Source: Tubulanus polymorphus
Lineage: Eukaryota > Animalia > Nemertea
Length of the DNA: 64,000 nucleotides
NCBI RefSeq assembly: GCF_964204645.1
Contig: NC_134026.1
Location: forward strand, 14,976,150 to 15,040,149
Reading direction: 5' to 3'
Part shown: positions 36,967 through 46,966 of the stretch, one piece after another
How positions within the stretch are numbered: the stretch's first letter is position 1
How the letters are laid out: each line of letters opens with the position of its first letter
Notes under the pieces: model-generated
What the model saw: the letters and a program-made list of their open reading frames with translations, nothing else
The model's database searches: none
Told to the model about the DNA's origin: nothing
Made by a program: the position numbers and the translations under genes

Positions 36967-38268
36967 TTAAAATTTAAAATATAATATTCCTCCGATTACA
37001 ATTCCTATACAAGTTATAGCTAATTTAGTATTTTCATGGGATTTATTATCATCATTTAGTTTAATTATATCATGTTGAATATTATCAGTTCTATTATTTT
37101 CTGATGTATTATAATCTTTTATTTTAGAATCATTATTTAATTTAATATTCTTAGTTTTAGTTTCTGTTGATTGAATGTGTTTTTTATTTTTTTCACCTTC
37201 CATTAATTTTGGAGCAGTAATAATCTTTTTATTTATATCATTCAATCCAAATGAATTATTTATTGTTGCAGTTTTAATTAGATTATTATAACCAATTATA
37301 TTTCCCATCTTCAATACTAAATCATTAGAAATAATTAATAGATTAGGGCCTATACAATAATTAAGTCTTACATGAGATTTATCTAAATAATTTTGATATC
37401 TTATAATGTTTTCTGGAATCGATCTATTTTTATCATTATGAATTGAATCTTCAAATAAAACTTTAAACTGTTTCTGCGCATCGAATGAAGTGTTATCATT
37501 TCCAATTATTGGGGATCTTGTTTCAACTTGAGCGCCTAAAATACATATCAAATAAATTCTAATAGATTGATTTATTCTTTGTATACCTGATTTTGTAAAA
37601 CCTTCACCATTTTCTAAAATGAAATTAACCCAACCATTATTATTATCAATTTTATAATTATGATAGGCTGAAATTCTATGCATATAATCAATTCTTTTTA
37701 TTTCATACTCTTCACCAACACCTTGCAATTTACCATGCGCTCTGAAATCGGAATTAATATTTATATTAAATTCATTACATATTTTATAAAACTTAGATAT
37801 ATTAATATTATTATCCAATTCTTTAAAATATTTAGACCCAGGTAAAGGACATTCTAATTCATTTAATATTATTCTGATTTGAAAATATGTGTGAAATCTA
37901 AATATTGTGTGAATTAATTTTAAATCAGAATACTTCAAATTTTTATCTAAGTTATTTAAATGATCATTCCAACTTATTCCACATCCTGTTGTTGCACAAT
38001 AAACAGCAAAATTTAATTGATTCTGCCAATATTTCATATTAGATTTTACTTTATATATATGATATTCATCTCGAGTAAAAGTAACTTCATATGTATTAAA
38101 TATATTTTCCATTTTAGAAATAAAAAACTGTGATTCATTAACATAAATTTCTAAATTAGTTAATGAATTTAAAACTATATTTTTATATGTAATATTTTTC
38201 TTAAAATCTATTGCCGGAATATTATATTTAATTGATTTATTATATTGGAAAGCTTTTGGAAACCCCAT
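36967..38268 (-). CDS. Conserved Polinton protein (WQNQLNFAVYCATTGCG motif), C-terminal membrane anchor
   Basis: 433-aa ORF, conserved in copy B; ends LAITCIGIVIGGILYFKF. Confidence 0.8.
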   Translation of the reverse strand: MGFPKAFQYNKSIKYNIPAIDFKKNITYKNIVLNSLTNLEIYVNESQFFISKMENIFNTYEVTFTRDEYHIYKVKSNMKYWQNQLNFAVYCATTGCGISWNDHLNNLDKNLKYSDLKLIHTIFRFHTYFQIRIILNELECPLPGSKYFKELDNNINISKFYKICNEFNININSDFRAHGKLQGVGEEYEIKRIDYMHRISAYHNYKIDNNNGWVNFILENGEGFTKSGIQRINQSIRIYLICILGAQVETRSPIIGNDNTSFDAQKQFKVLFEDSIHNDKNRSIPENIIRYQNYLDKSHVRLNYCIGPNLLIISNDLVLKMGNIIGYNNLIKTATINNSFGLNDINKKIITAPKLMEGEKNKKHIQSTETKTKNIKLNNDSKIKDYNTSENNRTDNIQHDIIKLNDDNKSHENTKLAITCIGIVIGGILYFKF

Positions 38269-38284
38269 TTATATAACTAAAAAA

Positions 38285-38719
38285 TTAATAATTTATTAAT
38301 TCTTTTAATAATTTATCTTGTTCTTCAACTGTTATATGACCATTTAAACTTATTATATAATCTAGTGTGTTCTTTAATTTATTAATTTCTTTTATATTAG
38401 TTTTAATTTTTTCTTTATTACTTTTTATATTTAATTTTGAACTTATACCAGTTAAAACACTTGAACTTAATCCTAACACACCAATTGATATAGCTAAAGG
38501 TGTTAATGGACTGAATATTGCTAGAAATGTTATTACAGAACTAATTGTAACCGAACCACTTATAATCAAATAATATATAATTTTACTTTTTAAATATTTT
38601 TTCTTTTTTATCTTTAAGTCACTTTCAAATTCTAATATTTGTTTTTCTAAATATGTTTTTAATTTAGTTTTATTTATATCATGAGGAATAATATCAATAT
38701 TATCAACTTTATCTTCCAT
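38285..38719 (-). CDS. Two-TM membrane protein
   Basis: 144 aa; paired hydrophobic helices flanked by Lys-rich coils. Confidence 0.75.
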   Translation of the reverse strand: MEDKVDNIDIIPHDINKTKLKTYLEKQILEFESDLKIKKKKYLKSKIIYYLIISGSVTISSVITFLAIFSPLTPLAISIGVLGLSSSVLTGISSKLNIKSNKEKIKTNIKEINKLKNTLDYIISLNGHITVEEQDKLLKELINY

Positions 38720-38738
38720 TTATTTAGAATAAAAATTA

Positions 38739-39161
38739 CTAATTAGTAAACTTATAAGCAACAAATATAACAATAACAGTTCCACCTAAAATCCAAATTA
38801 TTTCATATTTCTGTTGTTCTTTACTTGGGGTATAATAATCTGATAATTTAGGTTTGTATAGATGTAATTTTTCTTTATTTGTTACTGCGTTATATAAACT
38901 CATTGCATCATCAACTGATTGAAAATCTCTATGTGAAATCTTCTGATCATATAATTCTTTATTGATGTAATCCATATAGTTTTGTCTCTTTTCTCTATAT
39001 TCTTCTGCAGCTTTATTGTATTTCTCTAACGCTAAGTTATGTCTTCTTTGTTCTCCTAATGAACTATTTTTATCAATATGTTTAAATAAATAACCACCAC
39101 CAGTAAATGCTAAAGCGTTAACAATTGCCGATCCTATAATAGTTATAATTGCAGAAGCCAT
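38739..39161 (-). CDS. Small membrane protein (NALAFTGGGYLF motif)
   Basis: 140 aa; conserved in copy B. Confidence 0.8.
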   Translation of the reverse strand: MASAIITIIGSAIVNALAFTGGGYLFKHIDKNSSLGEQRRHNLALEKYNKAAEEYREKRQNYMDYINKELYDQKISHRDFQSVDDAMSLYNAVTNKEKLHLYKPKLSDYYTPSKEQQKYEIIWILGGTVIVIFVAYKFTN

Positions 39162-39185
39162 TTATTTAACAAAAAAATTATGCAT

Positions 39186-39407
39186 TTATATGGGAGGAAT
39201 ATATTTTTGTTTTTCCAAATAATCAATAGTTAAATTAGATAAAGTAACTGCTAATGTTAATTTTAGAATATCATTTATATCAAATCTATCAACATTAACA
39301 CTTCCCATTTTGAATACTTTTTTTAATACCATTGAATAACCAACAGTTCCAACTGATAGTAATGCGCCATTATATAATCCAGTTATTATTCACTTATTAT
39401 CACTCAT
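39186..39407 (-). pseudogene. 73-codon small membrane protein with premature stop (not in the ORF track)
   Basis: MSDNK*IITGLYNGALLSVGTVGY...DYLEKQKYIPPI; codon 6 is TGA here but TGG in copy B (start 26770). Confidence 0.75.
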
Positions 39408-39764
39408 TTATTTATCAAAAAAATTACTATCATCAAAATATTTAGTTATCTTATTTATGATTAATTCAACATTTATTTTATTACTAGTTTCATTTGTATA
39501 TATTTCAATTATTATTTTTTTAATATCATCGATGATAAAATCTTCATCTAATTCATAAAATCTTAAAGATTCTCTAATTAAATTAGTAATCTTTTCTACA
39601 TTTAAAGTTTCTTTATCTATTGTTGTTTCATACTCAAATGTTGTTTCATTAGAAAATGTTATATTTTTGATATGTGTTATTACATCATTAATGTTAAATT
39701 TCATTTCTTTCTCACGTTTAAAATCAAATCCAAAACATATACTCGGTCCAACAGTTATATTCAT
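39408..39764 (-). CDS. Polinton hypothetical protein
   Basis: 118 aa; homolog in copy B. Confidence 0.72.
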   Translation of the reverse strand: MNITVGPSICFGFDFKREKEMKFNINDVITHIKNITFSNETTFEYETTIDKETLNVEKITNLIRESLRFYELDEDFIIDDIKKIIIEIYTNETSNKINVELIINKITKYFDDSNFFDK

Positions 39765-39780
39765 TTATAAAGGTGAAAAA

Positions 39781-40539
39781 TTACTCTTTACATCTTATAA
39801 CTAATTCATAAATTACAGGAAAGTTATTCAAATCAATTAAATAACCATTATGATTTCTTATTTCTAATTTAAAATTATTGAAATGTGGGATACAAGGTTT
39901 GAAATCACATTCAGTTAAATTATAATTTATTTGAGTTCCAAATTGTTTGACATTTTTTAATGGTAAAATATTTAATAAACCAGAATTACAAATTGTATCT
40001 TTAGTTGCTTCAAATATTTTTGTAGGATCGATTAAATTGCAATAAATATAAAAGTGTGTAAAAGGTATTATATTTGAGTTACCTTCTGCGTATGCTGTAA
40101 CGGTATCTGGTGCAATTCCTAACAGTTTAGCTAAAGGTTTTCTTATTGTAAATTTAAATTGTTCGTCATTAGCTAACCTAATCTTTATTTTATTAGAACT
40201 AGCACTTTTTAAAATTCTAATACTAAATCCGGAATCACTTCCTAATTTAGCTCGAGCTTTTCTATTAATTTCTTGTGTTAATGTATCTAAATTATATTAT
40301 CCTGGTTTTAAATATATAAAAAACCATTTATTCCTTTTTTTGTAAAAGATTGAAAAAATTAAATGTTCTAGACTTTTATCCGATATATTATAAAAAGAAT
40401 TACATAAACTTATATTAACTAATTTTAAATCTACACAATTCTTAAATTCTTTATCTAATTGTACTAATAAATTATGAGATTTATAATTTGTAAGTTTTCT
40501 AGAATCAACAAATATTCTGTATTCTTTTAATTCTACCAT
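39781..40539 (-). pseudogene. Minor capsid (penton-like single jelly roll) gene with an in-frame stop
   Basis: 253 codons; PG*YNL (TAA at 40297-40299) corresponds to PGLYNL (TTA) in copy B; NSFYNI and FYIYCNLI-type motifs. Confidence 0.72.
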
Positions 40540-40607
40540 TATTTATAACATAAAAAAATTACCGCTCATCACTAAAAATTAATCTTAATAAAATTTTTCC
40601 TTAATAA

Positions 40608-41906
40608 ACGGATGAGAAGATAGCATGCGAAATTTGTGGTGAACTTCTAAGAAAAAGTAATATGGCTCGACATATGAAAAAACATGATGAAAATTATAAA
40701 CCCCCTAAAATAAACTGTCCAAAATGTAATAAATTATTCTCAAGAAATTATGTTAAAAAACATTCAGAGAAGTGTAGAATTAATGGCGCAACGGCTAATG
40801 TTGATAGTAATTCTGCTGAAGTTGAACCTGAAGTTATTTGGAAAACACCTTTCTTATTCTATGATAAGGATAATATAAAAGATCATTTCTGTGAGCCTTG
40901 TCAAGTAAAATATAGCCCTGAAAATATAGAAGATTGGGAGAATCATCAATTTCGTAAAGCACATATAGATAAAATTTCTAATAAATTTGAAACTGAATTC
41001 AATGAAAGAAAAAATAATTTATTAGAAAAAATAAAATATGAGAAAACGTTACCAGATAATAAAGAAACAGTTGAAAAGTTAGAAAAACAATATAATGAAT
41101 TAACAAGAAAAACATATTATTGTAAATATTGTAAATTGATTATTACAACAAGTAATTCAAATCTACATAATAGAACAATAAAACATAAAGAAAACGTAAG
41201 AAAATACCAAGAGCTTAATGAAGATCTATTACCAAGAAATTATAAACAAAAATGCCCACAATGTAGTTATGCGACCTTAAGGCAAGAAGGTACTGTGTTA
41301 TTTTGTGTTGAATGTGGATGGCAAAAGAATTTATGGGGTGAAGAAAAAACTAGAGATTTTCTCATAGAACCAAAATTAAATTATCTAGATGAAATTTTTA
41401 AAATATTTTCTATAGAAGATCATACACCAGAATATATGCAATGGCTTGAAAAAATGAAAATAATAGAAAATAAAAATGGTGAAATAACTAAAAAAGATAT
41501 TATAAAAACAATTATTCCACCAACATTTAACACAAAACAAAAGAAAATGTATTTATATTTATTATTTAACGATTATTATGAAAAACCTAAATTAACAGAA
41601 GAAGATATGGAAAATATAAAAAAAATATTTAAACAAATATTAATGTATCATTTGGAAAATAGAATAACAGATTCAATAAATTATGAATTCTTTTTAAATA
41701 AGATTGTAAATTATTTAAACCTAGATATTATAATTCCATTTGATGAATTAACAAACAAAAAGAAACAAAGAGAGCGAGATGAAATGTGGAACAAGATAGA
41801 ACTTTATTTAAATGAGAAAAATGGAATGGAAGAAGAACCTGAACAATTAAATGAAAATGAAGAAGCCAATAGTGATTTCGAGTTTGATGATATAGATCCA
41901 TTTTAA
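40608..41906 (+). CDS. Multi-zinc-finger protein with VLTF3-like (poxvirus A2/NCLDV late transcription factor) C-terminal region
   Basis: Several CxxC/HxxxH fingers; ribbon CPQC...EG..LFCVECG; PKLTEEDMENIKKIFKQI, INYEFFLNKI and KQRERDEMWNKI resemble VLTF3 motifs. The frame extends upstream of the track start (40662) to TAAACG at 40608, completing a CEIC..H..H finger. Confidence 0.68.
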   Translation, partial: TDEKIACEICGELLRKSNMARHMKKHDENYKPPKINCPKCNKLFSRNYVKKHSEKCRINGATANVDSNSAEVEPEVIWKTPFLFYDKDNIKDHFCEPCQVKYSPENIEDWENHQFRKAHIDKISNKFETEFNERKNNLLEKIKYEKTLPDNKETVEKLEKQYNELTRKTYYCKYCKLIITTSNSNLHNRTIKHKENVRKYQELNEDLLPRNYKQKCPQCSYATLRQEGTVLFCVECGWQKNLWGEEKTRDFLIEPKLNYLDEIFKIFSIEDHTPEYMQWLEKMKIIENKNGEITKKDIIKTIIPPTFNTKQKKMYLYLLFNDYYEKPKLTEEDMENIKKIFKQILMYHLENRITDSINYEFFLNKIVNYLNLDIIIPFDELTNKKKQRERDEMWNKIELYLNEKNGMEEEPEQLNENEEANSDFEFDDIDPF

Positions 41907-44900
41907 TAACCATAAGGTAATGTTTTTATACCATCATCTGAAATATGCCTTTTATCATCAAATGGATTTAAACTAGTTTTTTCAACTTCATTAATGTACA
42001 TCTCATGATCTTCTGATCTTAAACAATTCATCTTGTGTTTCATTACAATTGATTTATATAAACACTTTATATAATCTTGAAATTCTATATGTTTATCAAC
42101 CACATGTTTTGTTATTCCTTTTAACTTTTTAGCTTCATGATCTTTTGTTCTGTAACTATACATTTTACTTCTTATCCCAACAAATTCAGTCATTTCATCA
42201 CCTCCTAATTCATCTTTAAATTTACAAGGAATCTTTTTATTATCATTGCTAAATAGTTCATGATCTTTAGGATAATTGCTAAAATCAAAATGATGTTTTA
42301 ATGTTTTTAAGTCTTTTGTTATGTCATTTGTCTTGATTTTTAGTATGTACGCATCCGTATTTTTTTGGATTAATGGGAACCCAGAATTGAATGTTCCATC
42401 ATCTGTTGATAAATCATAAACATAGTCAGTTGGGTTATATATTTCAAATAAATCTTTAACTTCTTCAGTTAAATCTTTTTCTACATGCCTTAAATTAAAG
42501 CAATTTGGTTTAGATTTAATCAATCCAATATTCATATTGAAGCCTAATGAACTGCATAACACATTTAACCCACTTATTGCACATTTTCCATTCTGTGCAA
42601 AGGTTATCGTTTTATCCTTTATAAATTTTTTAGTACCATCGGCTGCGTAGAACCCAATGAAGAACCATTTTCTAAGATTATATTCTGAATTTAATATATA
42701 ATCTGGTACTATTTTTTCTTTAGTTGAAGTATTACTTTTCACTATTGCATGAATATAGAATTCATCATTATATTTTATAGCAAAATCTTTAGGATTATTT
42801 ACAAGTATTCTATAAACCGCGGATGATTTCATAACATCCATGATTCTAAATGTTTTATGTGAATAAACTTCTTCACAGAATTTCTTAATTCTTTCTAATA
42901 ATTTTAAGTCTTGATTGCATAAATACCAACAATATTTATTACCCCAAACATATTTATACACACCTGCTGAACCATCACCCATGAAAAATCCTTTGATAAA
43001 ATATTCTTTTTCTTCCAATGTTTCGGGTTCTATATTATAAATATTATCAATTATTTCATCAAATGACATATGATTCATTCTTGGGAAAAATCTTTTATGT
43101 AATAATTCATCTCCAATTTTTATATCAGTTGGTTTTATTTCATCACCATTTCGTTTAATTAAACTGTGGTCTTCAGTAACATCTACAAATCCTAATTTAG
43201 TTCTAACTCTATAGATTTTCTTATTTGTTTTATGTCTAATAATATTCTTTAATTTTTTCCATCCATTTCTTGTCCAAACATCTATTAAACCATTTATTTG
43301 TATTAGTTCTTTTTCACCATATGAAATATAAGATTTATTTTGATTAGGAATTATTTCTGAAATTCTTCTAATTAATATTTGGTTATTGTATTTTAATAAT
43401 ATTGGGGTGTCAGCTGTTACAGAATCGAAGTATAGAATTTCTATATGTTTTTCCCCAAACAATGGTTGTAATACATTGTAATAAAAATCATACATTAATA
43501 ATTTTGATATTTCTAAAACTGTTGAACCAATGAAAATGGGTTTATTAAATTTCATTGACGTTCTTTTTAATTTTACTGCTGTTAAATAATCTTCAAATCT
43601 TTTATTTCCTAAATGTCTAGGACTTGATTGTAGGTGTCTCAATCGTTCAGAATTATTTACTAATTCAATATCATTTCTATTTCTAATATTTTCACATGTT
43701 TTACCATAAAAACTATTGTTCATTAATTTGAAGAAATCTTTTTCAAAATCTGTTTTTGATATGGTTCTCTGTTGAGTATTGAAATCTATATATTTTTCTA
43801 ACCACTTTGATTGATTAAATTCAATATATCTATGTACTTTCTTTAATTTCATTCCTTGTTTTAGATAAAATTTTAACATTCTATAATGAACAATATAATT
43901 ATATTTATTATTTTGAGTAAGTATTAATTTTTCTGTAAAAACATGATCTTTCGGTTTTATTTTCTTCTGGTATTCACTTAAATAACTATCATCTACAGTT
44001 AAATGTTCTGGGCAATAAGGTAAGTTTCTTGTTTTAAACTTTATGTTATCAGGATATTCTAAATCAACTACAAAGAAATAACCAATTGGTGCTTCATCTT
44101 CTAAACTCATAATTGCGCTTTCCCAATTAGTTTTATCATCATTTTCAACTTCTGTTAATATAAAATTTTTATATGGTTGAGGTTGCATCATTGCCCAACC
44201 ATATAAATTATTGGCGTCAATATATAATAATTTATATTCATCATTTGCTTTAAAATACCTATCTCCCATAACACCACTAATTCCACCTCTAATTGAGTTT
44301 TCAAATAATAAAACCATATCTGGTTCTTTTAATAAATCTAATTCTACATTTGTATATTTTAAACCACATTGCCAGGTTAAACCAGGACTTGAATAACAAT
44401 AACAAGGATCAACATTAAAATGATTCAAATTAACTTCTCTAAATTTTTCAAATATGTCAGCTAATATCATAACATCTGATTTTAAATATAAATCAACTAA
44501 TTCACCATGATTTTTCATCTTAAAATGGTTCCAAATATTTAATGTTCTATCAAAAACTTCGTCTTTCACATACTCCTCTTTTAATTTATCATAAAATTGA
44601 TCTTTTAATAATTCTGTTACATTAAAATCATCATGTGTTTTATAAAATGAATAAGGAATTGCGCCTTTATATCTCAGTAATTTAAAATCTTGTTCATTTG
44701 GATAATAATATCGAGTTATAACAAAATCATTATCAACTAAACTTTTTGATAAATTATCTAATGAACTTGCTAGAAATCTATAAGAATCTAAAAATCTAAT
44801 GCAACCAAATTGAAATGAAATATAATTTTCAGATGTTTTAGCTAATAGTTTAAAATCATATTTTCTTACATTTGCTTCATTCATAGCATTATATTCTTCT

Positions 44901-46966
44901 ATTTCTTGATTAATTGCACCCAATTTTCCTGATAATTGTTTTATAAATAGATGGGTATCATATCCTGATAAATTATGAAATAATATTGGTACAAAATTTA
45001 CTTTTTTAGCTTGTAAATTGCAATCTTCATGAGCAGCTCCACGATATTTTGAATTCAAATGATCATGATCTCTAACTCTTTTATCAAATGAATAAAAACG
45101 TTTTTCACAATAACAACAATGAGTTGCATAATTAAAATCAATTTCATCTTCTTTTGTCATAACTATTCTTTTATTTTTGTTTAATAATTTTGCAAAATCA
45201 CTTTCTAATTCAATAATTTTATCACAAAAATCATTAACTACATTTTCACCTCTAAAAGAAATATATTGACTTTCATATAATTCAGGATAATTTGATTTTA
45301 TGTAAATTCCATAAGCAGCAGCTCTTTGATGAACTTTTTTAATTGTATTTATAATTGGCGGGTCTTGTATTGTGTCTTCATTTAATTCATTTCCTTTATC
45401 CATTGATTTTAATAATTGCTTTTTGTTATATATTTCTTTTCTATCTTGATCAGTTAATTCTTTATTCAACGATTCAAAATCCCCATAAATTACAAATGGA
45501 ACAATATTTTTAAATTTATGATTAGTAAATTTCAATTTATAATCTTTTTCTGTTGGCATTATTAATTTACAAAAATCTTTATTATCACATAATTCTTTAT
45601 GTTTTAATAATGTATTCTCAGTCATAAATTTGGATAAACATTTTCTACATAGATAAATTTTATTATGATGATCACTTTCTGTTCTAAAGAATAAATCAAT
45701 TTGTTTTAACCACATATAATGTTCATTTTCATCTTTTTTGTAATATAACAAATCTATAGCATTTTCATCATCATAATATTCTGTTAAATATAAAGCTTCC
45801 AATGTATAATCTTTAATATTTTCACCTTTTGTCTTTGGTAATTGCATTAATTCGAATACATTTATTTTTAAATTATTAACTTTTTCTATTTTAGGAATCA
45901 TTTTTATAGTTACTGGATATTGATCAATTTTATATAATGTTTCATATTTCCGATAATCTGTTATTCTACAAACATTTTCCTGTGTTGGATGTAAACAACT
46001 AATAATTGACCATAGAAAACATTTATTATCTTCATTTTGAACATTTATTACTGCTTTTGTTGTAAACGGTAATTTGATATAACTTGATGCTTTCATATCC
46101 TTTTCTGTTGTAAAGTTTGAATCATTTTTAAACATTTTATTACTTTTTGATGTTTTATTCCTTTTTGTATTATAAACATTTAAATCTAAATATATAATTT
46201 CATTCAATGTTAAGCCAGAACCCTCAAAATATCTTTCTTCAATATGACGTTTAAATTCATTTAATATTTTTTCTAACTTCTCTTTTATTTGTGTTTTTGA
46301 AATTATTTCTTCAGAGTGTGTTTGAATATTATAATCCATTTTTTCTTCTGACTTTATAAAACTTACTTTCCCAGAGATACTAATTTTTGGATATTCAACA
46401 TCTGTTATCAAATCTAGTATTTTTTCTATTATTTCATTAAATTTACTATAATCTTCTATTGTTGTACCTTTAAAAAATCTAAATATAATAGCTGCAGGAC
46501 CAATTTTACTATGTAATGTTTCTAAGATTTCAATTGTATCTTTTATTTCTAGTGAATCAATATAATTTCTAATATTTTCCATGTAAGGTTTATTTGAAAT
46601 GGATTTAGTTTTTGAAGTTGATTCTTTTACTTGTTGAGGTTTATCATCAAAATAATCTATTCCTAAAACATTATTTCTCAAATTTTGATGGTGTTTTTCT
46701 GTTTCGAGATGTTTATTATAATTCCTTTTTGTTATAAATTCATCACAAACTTCACATTTTATTTCATCCACATTCATATTTTCTAATCGTTCTTTTCTTT
46801 CAATGGAATTTTCTGGAGTTTCAAAATCTATAACATTTTTTATATGATTTGAAGATTTTTCATGTTTAGATTTATTAGATTTATCGATGTATTTTTTACA
46901 ATATTGACAATAATATTGATTTTTATTGATATTATTGTTTTCTAGTTGGTGTTCATTCTCCCCCAT
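41903..46966 (-). CDS. polB: Protein-primed family B DNA polymerase precursor (1687 aa) containing an intein
   Basis: Two N-terminal Zn fingers; OTU-like DNKCF...EHY; ExoI YGDFES; HNH/EndoVII-like CCYC..RDHDH..AHEDCN; ExoII FHNLSGYD; ExoIII YLKSDV; IRGG; motif A YIDANNLY; motif B KLMNNSFYGK; split motif C YFD/TDA; KLKG. Confidence 0.97.
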   Translation of the reverse strand: MGENEHQLENNNINKNQYYCQYCKKYIDKSNKSKHEKSSNHIKNVIDFETPENSIERKERLENMNVDEIKCEVCDEFITKRNYNKHLETEKHHQNLRNNVLGIDYFDDKPQQVKESTSKTKSISNKPYMENIRNYIDSLEIKDTIEILETLHSKIGPAAIIFRFFKGTTIEDYSKFNEIIEKILDLITDVEYPKISISGKVSFIKSEEKMDYNIQTHSEEIISKTQIKEKLEKILNEFKRHIEERYFEGSGLTLNEIIYLDLNVYNTKRNKTSKSNKMFKNDSNFTTEKDMKASSYIKLPFTTKAVINVQNEDNKCFLWSIISCLHPTQENVCRITDYRKYETLYKIDQYPVTIKMIPKIEKVNNLKINVFELMQLPKTKGENIKDYTLEALYLTEYYDDENAIDLLYYKKDENEHYMWLKQIDLFFRTESDHHNKIYLCRKCLSKFMTENTLLKHKELCDNKDFCKLIMPTEKDYKLKFTNHKFKNIVPFVIYGDFESLNKELTDQDRKEIYNKKQLLKSMDKGNELNEDTIQDPPIINTIKKVHQRAAAYGIYIKSNYPELYESQYISFRGENVVNDFCDKIIELESDFAKLLNKNKRIVMTKEDEIDFNYATHCCYCEKRFYSFDKRVRDHDHLNSKYRGAAHEDCNLQAKKVNFVPILFHNLSGYDTHLFIKQLSGKLGAINQEIEEYNAMNEANVRKYDFKLLAKTSENYISFQFGCIRFLDSYRFLASSLDNLSKSLVDNDFVITRYYYPNEQDFKLLRYKGAIPYSFYKTHDDFNVTELLKDQFYDKLKEEYVKDEVFDRTLNIWNHFKMKNHGELVDLYLKSDVMILADIFEKFREVNLNHFNVDPCYCYSSPGLTWQCGLKYTNVELDLLKEPDMVLLFENSIRGGISGVMGDRYFKANDEYKLLYIDANNLYGWAMMQPQPYKNFILTEVENDDKTNWESAIMSLEDEAPIGYFFVVDLEYPDNIKFKTRNLPYCPEHLTVDDSYLSEYQKKIKPKDHVFTEKLILTQNNKYNYIVHYRMLKFYLKQGMKLKKVHRYIEFNQSKWLEKYIDFNTQQRTISKTDFEKDFFKLMNNSFYGKTCENIRNRNDIELVNNSERLRHLQSSPRHLGNKRFEDYLTAVKLKRTSMKFNKPIFIGSTVLEISKLLMYDFYYNVLQPLFGEKHIEILYFDSVTADTPILLKYNNQILIRRISEIIPNQNKSYISYGEKELIQINGLIDVWTRNGWKKLKNIIRHKTNKKIYRVRTKLGFVDVTEDHSLIKRNGDEIKPTDIKIGDELLHKRFFPRMNHMSFDEIIDNIYNIEPETLEEKEYFIKGFFMGDGSAGVYKYVWGNKYCWYLCNQDLKLLERIKKFCEEVYSHKTFRIMDVMKSSAVYRILVNNPKDFAIKYNDEFYIHAIVKSNTSTKEKIVPDYILNSEYNLRKWFFIGFYAADGTKKFIKDKTITFAQNGKCAISGLNVLCSSLGFNMNIGLIKSKPNCFNLRHVEKDLTEEVKDLFEIYNPTDYVYDLSTDDGTFNSGFPLIQKNTDAYILKIKTNDITKDLKTLKHHFDFSNYPKDHELFSNDNKKIPCKFKDELGGDEMTEFVGIRSKMYSYRTKDHEAKKLKGITKHVVDKHIEFQDYIKCLYKSIVMKHKMNCLRSEDHEMYINEVEKTSLNPFDDKRHISDDGIKTLPYGY
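42359..43423 (-). other. Intact 355-aa intein with LAGLIDADG homing endonuclease (pol-c site)
   Basis: Residues 1182-1536: block A SVTADTPI, block B VTEDHS, block C FIKGFFMGDGS, block E FFIGFYAADGT, block F YVYDLST, block G IQKN followed by +1 Thr. Confidence 0.95.

Noticed and set aside
42359-43423. Hedgehog-type Hint domain or group I intron instead of an intein
   Set aside because: The insert is in frame, ends in Asn before Thr, contains LAGLIDADG motifs between Hint blocks B and F, and interrupts a catalytic motif.
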